Source: an uncultured Bdellovibrionales bacterium
Lineage (GTDB): Bacteria > Patescibacteriota > Minisyncoccia > Moranbacterales > GWC2-37-73
NCBI GenBank assembly: GCA_964500125.1
Contig: CAZCMV010000002.1
Coordinates: forward strand, 4,173-68,172
Direction of reading: 5' to 3'
Length of the DNA: 64,000 nucleotides
Within the stretch, counting starts at the first letter, position 1, and every line of letters starts with the position of its first letter. Below, piece after piece: positions 11,487-21,643 of this stretch. The translations under genes were made by a program, and so were the position numbers. A model generated the notes under the pieces. The model ran no database searches. It saw only the letters and a list, made by a program, of their open reading frames with translations, and had not been told where the DNA came from.

Positions 11487-11520
11487 TAAAGCCCTGCTTG
11501 AAAAATCAAGCAGGGCTTTA
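11487..11520. terminator. Bidirectional intrinsic terminator
   Basis: TAAAGCCCTGCTTGA-AAAA-TCAAGCAGGGCTTTA between convergent genes. Confidence 0.85.
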
Positions 11521-11547
11521 AAATACTAGATACAATGGCAAGAAAGA

Positions 11548-12246
11548 TTAATTGTCAAATTTAAATGTTGAAAGCATACGGTCTGATATTTCCTTATCAA
11601 GCGCATTCTCTGAAGTGAAGTAATTTTTTATTCTAATGCTATAAATATATTTTTTGTCATTCAAAAAAATATCCTTATTGCAGTTTCCTCCTTGGTCACA
11701 CGTTTTTATCACCTTCGCTTCAAGATCACTGATAGTTTCCATACCCATTAACTCAAAACTATTTTCAACAGCACCATTAGTAATTTTAGCATTTTCAATA
11801 TAATCATCTAAACCACTTTTATTTTTAGAAACAAACATAGAAAATTCGTTAGAATGTACACAGTCCTGATTATTTTTTAGATTATTTTGCGAAGGTCTAA
11901 AGGCTACGTAAAAATATACATCTGGTTGTTGTGCAAATTTTTGCGCATCTGCATCCTGTTCATACAAACTAAAACTAGCTGGATACTGAACCTGAAATCT
12001 AAATTTATCGCTTTTAAATTCTTGCCATTTTATATTTTTCACATTTTCCTCTGAGAAACAATCGCCTTCGGCATTTGTTTCTTGTTGATTTTTAATGCCT
12101 TGTTTTATATTAGATGGCAAAGCAACACCTGCAATTTGATCAATTTCCTGCCCCTTATCCACCTCCCACACAAACACTCCCACCGTAATGGCGATGATGA
12201 CCAAAATAATCGTACCAAGTAATATTCCCACTTTTTGATTTTTCAT
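11548..12246 (-). CDS. Membrane-anchored extracellular hypothetical protein (PsbP-like fold suspected)
   Basis: N-terminal TM helix; WQEFKSDKFRFQVQYP and C-terminal DRMLSTFKF pattern; start taken at MKNQK. Confidence 0.65.
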   Translation of the reverse strand: MKNQKVGILLGTIILVIIAITVGVFVWEVDKGQEIDQIAGVALPSNIKQGIKNQQETNAEGDCFSEENVKNIKWQEFKSDKFRFQVQYPASFSLYEQDADAQKFAQQPDVYFYVAFRPSQNNLKNNQDCVHSNEFSMFVSKNKSGLDDYIENAKITNGAVENSFELMGMETISDLEAKVIKTCDQGGNCNKDIFLNDKKYIYSIRIKNYFTSENALDKEISDRMLSTFKFDN

Positions 12247-12295
12247 TTTTTGTTTTTGAAGTCCGATTATGTTTCGATTATACCACAAAAATAAA

Positions 12296-12571
12296 TTATT
12301 CTTTGCTCATTTCCCTCCCCGCATTCCACGCCTCGGCGATGGTTTCGACGATTCTTTTGGAAGTAACACCAGTCGTTTCGCTCACTTCGGTTTCAACTTT
12401 TTTCACCTGTTCTTTTTTCACACCACTTTTTTGTAACAACGCGTCGATTTCCGAAAGCAATTGCTCAGAAAGCGAATGTTCCCCATGCCAAGAAGCCTCG
12501 CTGATTATTTTATCCGCGTCTTTGAGAACAAGTTTAATGTCGTTACCGTCTAATACTATCAATAAATTCAT
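12296..12571 (-). CDS. tsaB: Miniaturised TsaB (YeaZ)-like protein, N-terminal lobe only
   Basis: HSLSEQLLSEIDALLQKSGVKKEQV resembles TsaB HSExLLPxIxxLL; GPGSFTGLRI motif degenerate (TTGVTSKRI). Confidence 0.6.
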   Translation of the reverse strand: MNLLIVLDGNDIKLVLKDADKIISEASWHGEHSLSEQLLSEIDALLQKSGVKKEQVKKVETEVSETTGVTSKRIVETIAEAWNAGREMSKE

Positions 12572-12580
12572 TATTGAATA

Positions 12581-12640
12581 ATTAACGAGTTAATGTGTTA
12601 AAGAGTTATTCTCAACTCGTTAACCCGCGAACTCGTTAAT
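12581..12640. repeat. Inverted array of degenerate 8-mers (TTAACGAG / AACTCGTT)
   Basis: ttaacgag ttaatgtg ttaaagag ... aactcgtt aacccgcg aactcgtt; folds into one hairpin. Confidence 0.75.
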
Positions 12641-12654
12641 AAATAATTGTTAAT

Positions 12655-13464
12655 CTATTTATCAACCTTACTCCAGTCCATCCCCCACGGGTCTGTTTTT
12701 CTCCCCGGTGCGATGTCTTTGTGACCCAAAACATATTTGATTGAATATTTCTTTTTCAGATTCACGATAAGAGAATTGAGAGCTGAGTATTGATCATCAG
12801 TATAATTATCTTTTTCCGTGTTAACCATTTCGATACCAATGGAAAAATTATTTACACCTGTGCGACCGTCCGGCACGCTGCTTTCTCCCGCATGATAGGC
12901 GATATTTTTTTCTGCGACAAGTTGCCAAATGGTGCCGTCGCGACCAATGAGATAGTGCGCCGAAACACCATATTGTTTATATTCTTTCAGTATGCCCTCC
13001 ACATCATAGACATCACCACCTAGCGCGTCATAAGATGAATGCACGATAATCGTATCAATCTTACGATTGTTTGTACTTTTATAACCCCAAGAAATTAAAT
13101 TGACTTTTGTTTTACCCGCACTTTGCGATTTTGTTTTATTTTCATCATCATTATTATTACTTTTTTTTATATCAGTCTTAGCAGTTTTATTATCGGCACC
13201 CTCTTTTGCAATGTCTTTACTTACATTATCTATTTGCTGAATATTTTCTGTATTTTCTTCACTACCATTTATAGCAGTAGCTTCTTGCCCAGAATTTATC
13301 GTGTTGTCACTAGGATTACTACTTTCAGAAAGTGCTAATATGGATACTTTCTTGGAATTATTTTCTCGATATTGCTTCACTTTCCCATACCCAAACCACC
13401 CACCCCCACCAATCAAAGCCAGAATTACTATTATAAATACTATTTTAAAAACTATTCGTGCCAT
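12655..13464 (-). CDS. Membrane-anchored N-acetylmuramoyl-L-alanine amidase (Amidase_2/AmpD-like)
   Basis: IIVHSS, SAHYLIGRDGTIWQLV, AYHAG, SIGIEM, GHKDIAPGRKTDP; TM helix plus disordered linker. Confidence 0.92.
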   Translation of the reverse strand: MARIVFKIVFIIVILALIGGGGWFGYGKVKQYRENNSKKVSILALSESSNPSDNTINSGQEATAINGSEENTENIQQIDNVSKDIAKEGADNKTAKTDIKKSNNNDDENKTKSQSAGKTKVNLISWGYKSTNNRKIDTIIVHSSYDALGGDVYDVEGILKEYKQYGVSAHYLIGRDGTIWQLVAEKNIAYHAGESSVPDGRTGVNNFSIGIEMVNTEKDNYTDDQYSALNSLIVNLKKKYSIKYVLGHKDIAPGRKTDPWGMDWSKVDK

Positions 13465-13508
13465 TCGAGTGTCCGCCAGCTGGCGGAATTCGTAAATTAG
13501 AGTCGCCT
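13461..13508. repeat. Dispersed repeat copy carrying palindrome TCCGCCAGCTGGCGGA
   Basis: Matches the right arm of 35525-35643; related copies at 14433-14475 and 59656-59700. Confidence 0.85.
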
Positions 13509-13608
13509 ATGTATTTAAGTATAAACCAAAAGCTACCCTTCTGGATAGCCTTTGTTTGTTGTTGAAACATTTGAGTAATTCGTATGTCTATCTTTATATT
13601 AAAGTCAC

Positions 13609-14394
13609 CTATTTTATAACATAATTAACCCCCACTTCAACGATTATTTCCTGCATGCCGGAAGGAACCTGCGATAAAGATTGCGTACCTCTCCCTTCAG
13701 CGCCACCTGAACCACCATACCCCAAATTTAGTTGAGAATTTGCAGGCTCCTTAATTATAGATTCATACCATCCTGCAATTTTGCCTAGATTTATTCCTGC
13801 AGCCTTGGCTAATTCCGGAGCTTTGGCGCGTGCATCTTGAATCGCAGCTACTCTCGCTTTTTCTTTGAGTTCATCGGCATTTGAGACCGTGAAATCAATT
13901 CCCATAATTTGATTGGCGCCAGCCTTGTTTGCTTCTGAAATTATTTTGCTTACCTGTTCAACATTGTCCCCAATTCCTTCAATTTTTATATTCAGCTGTT
14001 GATTTGCACTATATCCGGAAAGTGTCGAAACATTGTTGGCAAAATCATATTGCGGTACTACTGAATATGACTGGGTACTCACGTTTTCCTTTTTCACAGA
14101 AACTAATTCCATAGCTACCGTAATTTTGGCCACTCTGGCATTTAGTTGATTGAGAGCATCTTGCGCTGTAGGTGCTTTGTCAATTTGCACCCCCAAAGTC
14201 ACCAAAGCAGTATCCGGCACATATGGAACGGACGCACGACCCACGACGGTTATTTGATTATTGATCGGATTTACAATCCTGTCGCGCAAAATCGAAACTA
14301 TGGCAATCACTCCAACAAGAAGAACTGCCAGAAGCATAATTACATATTTCGGTCGCATCCATTCGCTTTTTACGGGCAAATTTCCTTGTTCCAT
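13609..14394 (-). CDS. SIMPL (DUF541) domain protein
   Basis: ITVVGRASVPYVPDTALVTLGV ... GANQI ... AIQDARAKAPELAKAAG signature. Confidence 0.9.
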   Translation of the reverse strand: MEQGNLPVKSEWMRPKYVIMLLAVLLVGVIAIVSILRDRIVNPINNQITVVGRASVPYVPDTALVTLGVQIDKAPTAQDALNQLNARVAKITVAMELVSVKKENVSTQSYSVVPQYDFANNVSTLSGYSANQQLNIKIEGIGDNVEQVSKIISEANKAGANQIMGIDFTVSNADELKEKARVAAIQDARAKAPELAKAAGINLGKIAGWYESIIKEPANSQLNLGYGGSGGAEGRGTQSLSQVPSGMQEIIVEVGVNYVIK

Positions 14395-14745
14395 ATATCA
14401 TTATGTTATTAATTATAAATTGCTTGCATTGACCACTTGAGTCATTAGAGTGTCCACTTGAGATATCAGAGTCGCTTTATTGGATACTCTTATTACAAAA
14501 CTACCCGCCTAAACGTTCAAAAGGGTCCTCCGAAGAGAACCCTGACCGTGCTTGAATGCTTATATGTTTGGATACTTGTATGTCTACATGATCCCGCGGC
14601 TAACAACCAAAATTGCTGTCGTCTTCATCATCCCCATATTCGTCTTTTGCAAACCCAATAAGCTGTTTTCTGTTGATATTAAGCATATTTTTATCTCAAT
14701 ACCAACATTAGAGTCCTTGAGATGCCTATTCTTATTTAGAGTTTC

Positions 14746-15072
14746 TTATTTAATAGCAACTAATTCAACATCGAAAATCAACGTTGCATTCGGAGGAATT
14801 ACGCCGCCAGCTCCTTGAGCGCCATAACCGAGTTCTGATGGAATGGTCAAGGTGCGTTTCTCGCCAACTTTCATACCTAAAAGTCCCTGCTCCCAGCCTT
14901 GAATCACCATTCCTTGTCCGATAATAAACTCGAATGGTTGTCCTCGATCAATACTGGAATCAAACTTGGTACCGTTTTCCAATTTTCCAATGTAATGAAC
15001 ATCAATGGTATCCCCGTTTTTTACTACGCGATCACCTGTTCCCTGATTAGTTGTTTCGATTTTTAGTTCCAT
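14746..15072 (-). CDS. FKBP-type peptidyl-prolyl isomerase
   Basis: VHYIGKLENGTKFDSS, VIQGWEQG, IPPNATLIFDVEL. Confidence 0.97.
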   Translation of the reverse strand: MELKIETTNQGTGDRVVKNGDTIDVHYIGKLENGTKFDSSIDRGQPFEFIIGQGMVIQGWEQGLLGMKVGEKRTLTIPSELGYGAQGAGGVIPPNATLIFDVELVAIK

Positions 15073-15360
15073 TTGTTTTTTATCATTAGTTTTTTAATTA
15101 GCGATATCGTTTGAAACTATTGAACACTATTAGATAGCTCCCGCTGAAAAACATAATTGACTTTGCCAGAACAATTTTGTTTATATGTTGCTTTTTGAGG
15201 ATTGCTATTTCTTCCTTCTGTATCACGCCAATTGTACACGAACGAATAAAAAAACACAAAAACCGCCTCGAAGAGCTGTTGAAAGTGAGTTACTTAGTTA
15301 ATGCGGTTGGAACTGGATATAGATAGAGGTCTTGTTTATGGGAAAAATCATCATCGATAT

Positions 15361-16383
15361 TCACCATTGAACTTTGAATTTTTCAGCTATTTCTCGAAAA
15401 GAGCCTTTTCCTAATGTATTTTCAATAATTCTGGCAAGTGGCAATAATTTTCCACTAAAATTAGCTTTAGCAAATTCATCAAATATTTCTTTTCTGTTTT
15501 TAATTTCTCCGTCTGATTTTTCAACAATCTCGTCTAAAAGATCATAAAGCGCTTTTCTTTCAACATATCTTTCAGATAATTTGACATCGCCATTTTCCAT
15601 AAGCACCCTAAAAGCGCCGTTTACATATCCAATTTTATACATCTCTGGATCATCACTATCAACTTCGCCATTAAGAAATTCTAAGATATCATCGGCGTCA
15701 GGAATGAAAAAAATTTCTTCCATAATTCTTTGCTGTTTTGTTTCATCCATCCCACTAAGTTGTAAATCTTTTTTTATCCAAACCTTTATTTTTTCAGTTT
15801 TTTCAACTTCTGATTTAAATAAAGAGTTTCTACAAATTTCATTTGTATAAAACTGACGTGTAACTTCTGAAACAATCGCCTCTTCAATTTTGGCAAAATA
15901 TTCATTTTCAGCAGATCTATCAAAAACAGTTATTCCTGCTCGATAAGGCTCAATCTCACCATCAATTATTTGCGCTGCCTTAAATGATTTAAGATGAAGA
16001 AGTTCATGAACAACAGTAGTTGCAAAATGGACATCCGATTCGCCCCTCTCGACTACGATTCTTTGCTTAAGCAATGAATGAAATCCCTCTCTTAATTTAC
16101 CATCTGTAATTTCACTAACAGCGCCTTCTTTTAATATAAAAATTTTTTCAGGCAAAAAAGATTTTGGAGTTCCACCATAAGATGCAATTATTTTATCAAC
16201 TGCATTTATTGCAAAATCTATAATTTGTCTATCCTTTTTAGATGGCTCAATCTCATATGGTTTTGTGTCTTTGTATGAATTTTCCTCCAATTCTTGCTGT
16301 AATTTTTCATGTGCCTGCTTTTTTTCCTGCTCTGATTTTCCACCTACGATATTTTTATTAAACTGTGTTTCAAAGTCTGACAT
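15361..16383 (-). CDS. Hypothetical protein with HExxH zincin motif
   Basis: TVVHELLHLKS followed by a distal IEEAI glutamate; start taken at MSDFETQ because the longer frame overlaps the tRNA terminator. Confidence 0.7.
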   Translation of the reverse strand: MSDFETQFNKNIVGGKSEQEKKQAHEKLQQELEENSYKDTKPYEIEPSKKDRQIIDFAINAVDKIIASYGGTPKSFLPEKIFILKEGAVSEITDGKLREGFHSLLKQRIVVERGESDVHFATTVVHELLHLKSFKAAQIIDGEIEPYRAGITVFDRSAENEYFAKIEEAIVSEVTRQFYTNEICRNSLFKSEVEKTEKIKVWIKKDLQLSGMDETKQQRIMEEIFFIPDADDILEFLNGEVDSDDPEMYKIGYVNGAFRVLMENGDVKLSERYVERKALYDLLDEIVEKSDGEIKNRKEIFDEFAKANFSGKLLPLARIIENTLGKGSFREIAEKFKVQW

Positions 16384-16480
16384 AAAAAGATTGCACAAAT
16401 TATTATAAGCCAAGTATATCATGATTCCGGTTTTTCGAGATACAAAAACAGGCCTCAAACATGGCCTGTTTTTTTGAGTG

Positions 16481-16553
16481 AGCGGGTAGGGGGAATCGAA
16501 CCCCCATCTTCAGCTTGGAAGGCTGACATAAGAAACCATTATACGATACCCGC
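16481..16553 (-). tRNA. tRNA-Gly (TCC)
   Basis: GCGGGTATCGTATAATGG...TCAGC-CTTCCAA-GCTGA...GGGGGTTCGATTCCCCCTACCCGC cloverleaf; terminator hairpin at 16445-16475. Confidence 0.95.
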
Positions 16554-16664
16554 TTGTTTTTTATGTACGTAACCAATTATATATAAAAATCAAGTTTTGT
16601 CCAGTCCAATAATTTATTGTACAAAAAATTGCCATATGTTATAATGTACTAAAATAAAAAAGCG

Positions 16665-17615
16665 ATGAATAAAAGAAAAAAGACCATTATACTTTCTACT
16701 TTCCTGTTTATATTTATCTTTTTCAGTTGTTTTGTGGCGGGGCAAATTCAAACATCAATCAACAAGAATATTTTTGGTGATTCTGACCAGGATGGTTTGA
16801 GCGATGAAGAAGAAAAATCTTACGGAACTAATCCAAATAATCCAGATTCTGATGGTGATAGCTATTCTGATGGGGTAGAAATAAAAAGCGGATATGATCC
16901 CCTGAAAGCAGCTCCCGGAGATCGAATTTTGGATTCAAATACAACAGAGAATTTATCCGCCTTCGATGAAGCGAGTTTGACCGAAAGCTTTTCAACAACA
17001 GTAAGTCAATTTTTTTCCTCAAAAGAAAACTCTCAAGAAGCAATCTCAGCAGATGAAATAAATGACCTTGTATCATCAAATCTAAGCGATAAAATAGGTC
17101 CTGCTATAACTTTTGAAAATCTTCCTAAAATAGACCGCGATACTTTGAATATAAAAAGTCAAAATTACAAAAATCTCTCCGAACAAGAAAGGCTGGAACA
17201 AATAAAAAAAGACAATGACAAATATGTTAGAGATATACTCTACCTACTTTTTAGCAATCTTCCAAAAACAATAACTTCGACTGCGGATTTTGATTCTTTC
17301 AAAAATACTTTTTCTGATAAATTAGGAGAACTTTCTAGCGATTCTCCTGATTATGATTATTTTCGTACTTTGGCATCAAGTTTGGATATAGCTTGCAAGC
17401 AAGCTGAAAGCATAGAAGTTCCTGAGTCCCTTGTTGATTTGCACATAAAACTCCTTCAGCTAGTAAATGGATACCTGGCACTAAGAGATCCTTCACTTCC
17501 AAAAATAGAAGATTCTATAACTAGAATAATTGTGATATCACGAGCCAGAATGCTTATAGAATTAACATACACTTTTCTTCAGGAGGCCAATGGAACATTA
17601 AGTCTAACGGAATAA
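16665..17615 (+). CDS. Exported protein with bacterial TSP3-like Ca-binding repeats
   Basis: N-terminal TM/signal; DSDQDGLSDEEEKSYGTNPNNPDSDGDSYSDGVEIKSGYDP. Confidence 0.75.
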   Translation: MNKRKKTIILSTFLFIFIFFSCFVAGQIQTSINKNIFGDSDQDGLSDEEEKSYGTNPNNPDSDGDSYSDGVEIKSGYDPLKAAPGDRILDSNTTENLSAFDEASLTESFSTTVSQFFSSKENSQEAISADEINDLVSSNLSDKIGPAITFENLPKIDRDTLNIKSQNYKNLSEQERLEQIKKDNDKYVRDILYLLFSNLPKTITSTADFDSFKNTFSDKLGELSSDSPDYDYFRTLASSLDIACKQAESIEVPESLVDLHIKLLQLVNGYLALRDPSLPKIEDSITRIIVISRARMLIELTYTFLQEANGTLSLTE

Positions 17616-17623
17616 AAAATAAA

Positions 17624-18523
17624 ATGGAAACAAAAAACAAATTTACAACATTTTTTTTGATAATTCTTTTCATTATTTTTGCCTCATCAATAACAGTTAC
17701 TAAAACAGCAAGAGCTCAGTGGATAGTTCATGATCCTTTTGATATGCCAAACGATATCATGACAACAATTGAGTCAATTTTCACAACTATAGAGACAACG
17801 ATTACAGCCGTAGCAACTGATGGAATGTGGATGAATGAGGTTACTGACAGATACCTGGTGCCCATATTAAAAGTTGCTGCCATCGAAATGATGAATCAAA
17901 TAATCTCTAACATTGTTAGCAGCGGAAACGATGGTAAGCCTATGTTTGTAACAGATTGGAATGACTATCTTTACACGGCAACTGAGAAAGATGCTAAAGT
18001 ATATATGAACTCCTTTTTTAATAGTGTTAGTGCGGGTAGACTTTCCAATTTGAATTATGAAGGAGTTGGACAATCTTATGACAATTATCTTAAAAAACAA
18101 GCCGAGACAACACTATATGGTAACAAAAAAAATTCTACCACCAACATAAACAACTATGTCGATGACCCACGTCAAGATCTCTTTTCCAAGGGAAATTTTA
18201 AGGCTTTTTCTGCTTTTCTCTCCTGCTATAATAATCCCTATTGCTACTCACTTTCTGCTACAGTTGCCCACGAAAAAGAACTTGACCGCTTAAAAACTGT
18301 TGCCATAAAAGAAGCAAACACAAATGGTTATCTACCAAAAAAGGTAGACGGGAAAATAGTCACTCCGGGATCGCAATATCAGAGTGCAATGGAAGGAATT
18401 GATCAAATGGCAAATAACTGGTTTATGAACGCTACAACTTCCCCTGAGCTTATTACGGCACTTGCCGGCACAGTGGTTACAAAGGTAACTAAAAGCCTAA
18501 TCAATGGAATAGCTACCAATTAA
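17624..18523 (+). CDS. Secreted helical hypothetical protein (mature N-terminus reminiscent of VirB5/TrbJ)
   Basis: Signal peptide ending ARA-QWIVHDP; helical body; family assignment tentative. Confidence 0.6.
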   Translation: METKNKFTTFFLIILFIIFASSITVTKTARAQWIVHDPFDMPNDIMTTIESIFTTIETTITAVATDGMWMNEVTDRYLVPILKVAAIEMMNQIISNIVSSGNDGKPMFVTDWNDYLYTATEKDAKVYMNSFFNSVSAGRLSNLNYEGVGQSYDNYLKKQAETTLYGNKKNSTTNINNYVDDPRQDLFSKGNFKAFSAFLSCYNNPYCYSLSATVAHEKELDRLKTVAIKEANTNGYLPKKVDGKIVTPGSQYQSAMEGIDQMANNWFMNATTSPELITALAGTVVTKVTKSLINGIATN

Positions 18524-18646
18524 AAAAACATAAAAGATAAGAGGCATAGTCATCGCCAATAGAAAACCTTTATTCAAAAGAAGCTAAGGTCACAGATTTT
18601 TTGCAATGCTGCTGTGTCATCCTTGCTAGAAATATCAAAAACTTTG

Positions 18647-18720
18647 TGGGTATATCCCGACTCGAACGGGAGACCTCTACAATGTCAATGTAGCGCTCTA
18701 ACCAACTGAGCTATACACCC
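18647..18720 (-). tRNA. tRNA-Val (GAC)
   Basis: GGGTGTATAGCTCAGTTGGTTAGAGCG-CTACA-TTGACAT-TGTAG-AGGTCTCCCGTTCGAGTCGGGATATACCCA. Confidence 0.95.
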
Positions 18721-18820
18721 TGAATAAAAACTAATGCGATTTTACCATTCCCAGGCAGACAAGTCTAGCCAGTTGAGTTAAGTAATCTCATGTTTTTTCG
18801 AGCATAGCAGACATATCTAT

Positions 18821-19762
18821 CTAGGCACAACCCTCTGGTTGAATTGACTCTATCAAATTTTCCACTTCTCTAATTTCATTTACTTTTTCTTCGCTCTTAA
18901 GAGCACTGATTTCCCGAAAAAACAAAGTCCAAACAACGACTACCCATGAGGATTTTAATGATGCCACAAAAAATATACCCGCAAATAATAAAAATAACAA
19001 AATTAAAATTATCGGAACAATTCCGGGAAAACCGAATAAAAAATAAACAACAATTCCCGCCAGTATGCTTTGCACAATTAATGTAAAAGTTATGGCAAAA
19101 ATAGATATAAAAATCAAACAAGAAATTGCCACCATAAAAACTCCTAGCACAAAGCTCTTTTTAAAATTAGAAACTAATGTTGCATAACCAAACTCAATGG
19201 AACGACGTATTTTTAAATTAGCCAAAACAATACTTAAGACAGCAAATTTTTTTATGAAATAAGCCCCAATTAATACAGGAATTAATATAACAACAGCAAA
19301 TAGAGACATTAATACGCCAATCACAAAAGCCTTTATCGAAAACAACATAACTATTGGCAAAATAATAGAAATTGTTACTCCAAACAAGAAAAAGAAAAAA
19401 ATCAGATCAAGCAGCAAGAGTCTCCAAAAAAAACTTCTGCCACTTGTTATTATTTTGGTAAATTTCATCTGAGCATATATTTTCGTTTCAGTAGCTCCTT
19501 TGATCACAGCAATATGACTTAAAATCGATAGTACATAGAGCAATACGCAAATAACTACCAACGAAAGAAATAAACCGGTCGCTAAAAAAATATGCTCCTG
19601 AAAATAATTCGAAAATGACTCCCCTCTTTCATCTTCAAAAGATACTGTACTAATGCTACTTCCAAGTACGATAAAAAAACCAAGCATCCACATAAAATGA
19701 TTGTTCCAAACAAGACTCCAAGATCTTTTCAAAATAGAGCCGTAATCTATCTTATTTTTCAT
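18821..19762 (-). CDS. Polytopic membrane protein, unknown function
   Basis: 313 aa with about 7 hydrophobic helices; co-oriented downstream of ftsH. Confidence 0.75.
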   Translation of the reverse strand: MKNKIDYGSILKRSWSLVWNNHFMWMLGFFIVLGSSISTVSFEDERGESFSNYFQEHIFLATGLFLSLVVICVLLYVLSILSHIAVIKGATETKIYAQMKFTKIITSGRSFFWRLLLLDLIFFFFLFGVTISIILPIVMLFSIKAFVIGVLMSLFAVVILIPVLIGAYFIKKFAVLSIVLANLKIRRSIEFGYATLVSNFKKSFVLGVFMVAISCLIFISIFAITFTLIVQSILAGIVVYFLFGFPGIVPIILILLFLLFAGIFFVASLKSSWVVVVWTLFFREISALKSEEKVNEIREVENLIESIQPEGCA

Positions 19763-19788
19763 ATTTTTAATTTTTGAGCACTTTCCAT

Positions 19789-21618
19789 TTATTCTTGGAT
19801 TTTTTCTATTCCAACTATAACATCGTATTCCTCTTTTTCGATTGTTTCTTTTTCCAATAAGAGCTGCACCAATTTTTGTATCAATTCTTTTTTCTCCACA
19901 ATAATTCTATTCGCCTTTTCATAAGCCTCCTCAATAAAACGAGAAACTTCTACATCTATTTTTTGCGCAGTTTCTTCAGAATAATCCTTTTCTTCGTTTA
20001 TTTCACGACCCAAAAAAACAAGGTCTTCTTTCTTTCCAAAAGTACGAGAACCAAGTGCGCTCATGCCATATCTGGTTACTAAGCTTCGGGCGATTCTAGT
20101 AGCACGCTCTAAATCACTTGAAGCTCCTGTTGTTATGTCTCCACAAAAAATTTTCTCAGCAACACGACCTCCCAAAAGTGTCGCCAACTCATCCTTGAAA
20201 TAAGCAAGGGAATGCAAACTCCTGTCTTCTGTTGGCACAGAGAGTGTATATCCCCCGGCCTGACCACGTGAAATTATGGAAACTTTTTGCACCGGATCAG
20301 CATTTGGCAGACTTGATGCTACAATGGCGTGTCCAGCCTCATGAAAAGCAACTATTTCTTTTTCTTTTTTGTTAATTACCTTACTACGTCTTTCTGGACC
20401 AAGAATTACTTTTTCAACAGACTCTTTTAACTCATCTATACCAATCTGTTTTTTTCCTCTTCTCACGGAAAGAATAGCAGCTTCATTGACCAAATTACCC
20501 AAATCAGCGCCAGAAAATCCGGGGGTTCTTTCAGCCAAGGTATGCATATTTATATTTTTTTCCAATGGCTTATTTTTGGAATGAATCTTAAGAATCTCTT
20601 CCCGTTCTGAAATATCAGGCAAATCCATAGTAACACGACGATCAAAACGCCCTGGGCGGAGTAATGCAGGATCAAGTACATCCGGACGATTAGTCGCCGC
20701 AAGCACAATAATGCTAGCATTACTTTCGAAACCATCCATCTCAACCAAAATCTGATTCAAAGTCTGTTCCCGCTCATCATGACCGCCACCAAGACCGGCA
20801 CCACGATGACGACCAACCGCATCTATTTCATCGATAAAAACGATTGCTGGAGCATTTTTTTTGGCTTGTTTAAAAAGATCACGAACACGACTTGCTCCTA
20901 CACCAACAAACATCTCTACAAATTCACTACCGCTGATATTAAAAAATGGAACACCAGCTTCACCCGCGACAGCTTTGGCAATCAAAGTTTTTCCAGTTCC
21001 GGGAGGCCCGAGCAAAAGAACGCCCTTTGGAATTTTAGCTCCGGCTTGTAAAAATTTCTTTGGGTGACGCAAAAAATCAACAACCTCACCAAGTTCCTCT
21101 TTAGCCTCTTTTGAACCAGCCACATCAGCAAAAGTAGTTCTTTTTTTCTTGTCTTTTGGATCCAACATTCTTGCTTTGCTCATACCAAAAGAAAGCGCTT
21201 GTGAATTTCCTCGCTGCGCTTGACGCATCATAAACCACAAAAAAAATCCTATCAACAAAAATGGGAGCAAGAAGGGAAGAATTATCCCCATCCACTCTCC
21301 GAATTTTGAAGATTGTTTTATTTCAATCTGAACTCCTTTCAATTTTTCTTTGTCTACATCATAGTTGTCTAAAGTCTGAGTAAGAGAACTCTGCGATTCC
21401 TTAAAAGATTTCTCTTTTGTTCCGTCAGCAAGCTCAATAGCTAAATCATTATTGCTAACCTCCACACTTTTGACTTTCCCTTCGTTTATTTGCGTAGCAA
21501 GTTCGCTAAGAGAAATTTCGCTAGGCTTTTGAGTAGGAGCGTTATAAAGAATCATTATACCTGAAATTAGCAAAAAAATCATCATTATAATCGCAATATT
21601 CTTGATCATCTTCTCCAT
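19789..21618 (-). CDS. ftsH: ATP-dependent zinc metalloprotease FtsH
   Basis: Two TM helices, [15 protein letters not shown] motif, HEAGH. Confidence 0.99.
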   Translation of the reverse strand: MEKMIKNIAIIMMIFLLISGIMILYNAPTQKPSEISLSELATQINEGKVKSVEVSNNDLAIELADGTKEKSFKESQSSLTQTLDNYDVDKEKLKGVQIEIKQSSKFGEWMGIILPFLLPFLLIGFFLWFMMRQAQRGNSQALSFGMSKARMLDPKDKKKRTTFADVAGSKEAKEELGEVVDFLRHPKKFLQAGAKIPKGVLLLGPPGTGKTLIAKAVAGEAGVPFFNISGSEFVEMFVGVGASRVRDLFKQAKKNAPAIVFIDEIDAVGRHRGAGLGGGHDEREQTLNQILVEMDGFESNASIIVLAATNRPDVLDPALLRPGRFDRRVTMDLPDISEREEILKIHSKNKPLEKNINMHTLAERTPGFSGADLGNLVNEAAILSVRRGKKQIGIDELKESVEKVILGPERRSKVINKKEKEIVAFHEAGHAIVASSLPNADPVQKVSIISRGQAGGYTLSVPTEDRSLHSLAYFKDELATLLGGRVAEKIFCGDITTGASSDLERATRIARSLVTRYGMSALGSRTFGKKEDLVFLGREINEEKDYSEETAQKIDVEVSRFIEEAYEKANRIIVEKKELIQKLVQLLLEKETIEKEEYDVIVGIEKIQE

Positions 21619-21643
21619 ATTTATCCTTTTTTATAATAAATTA

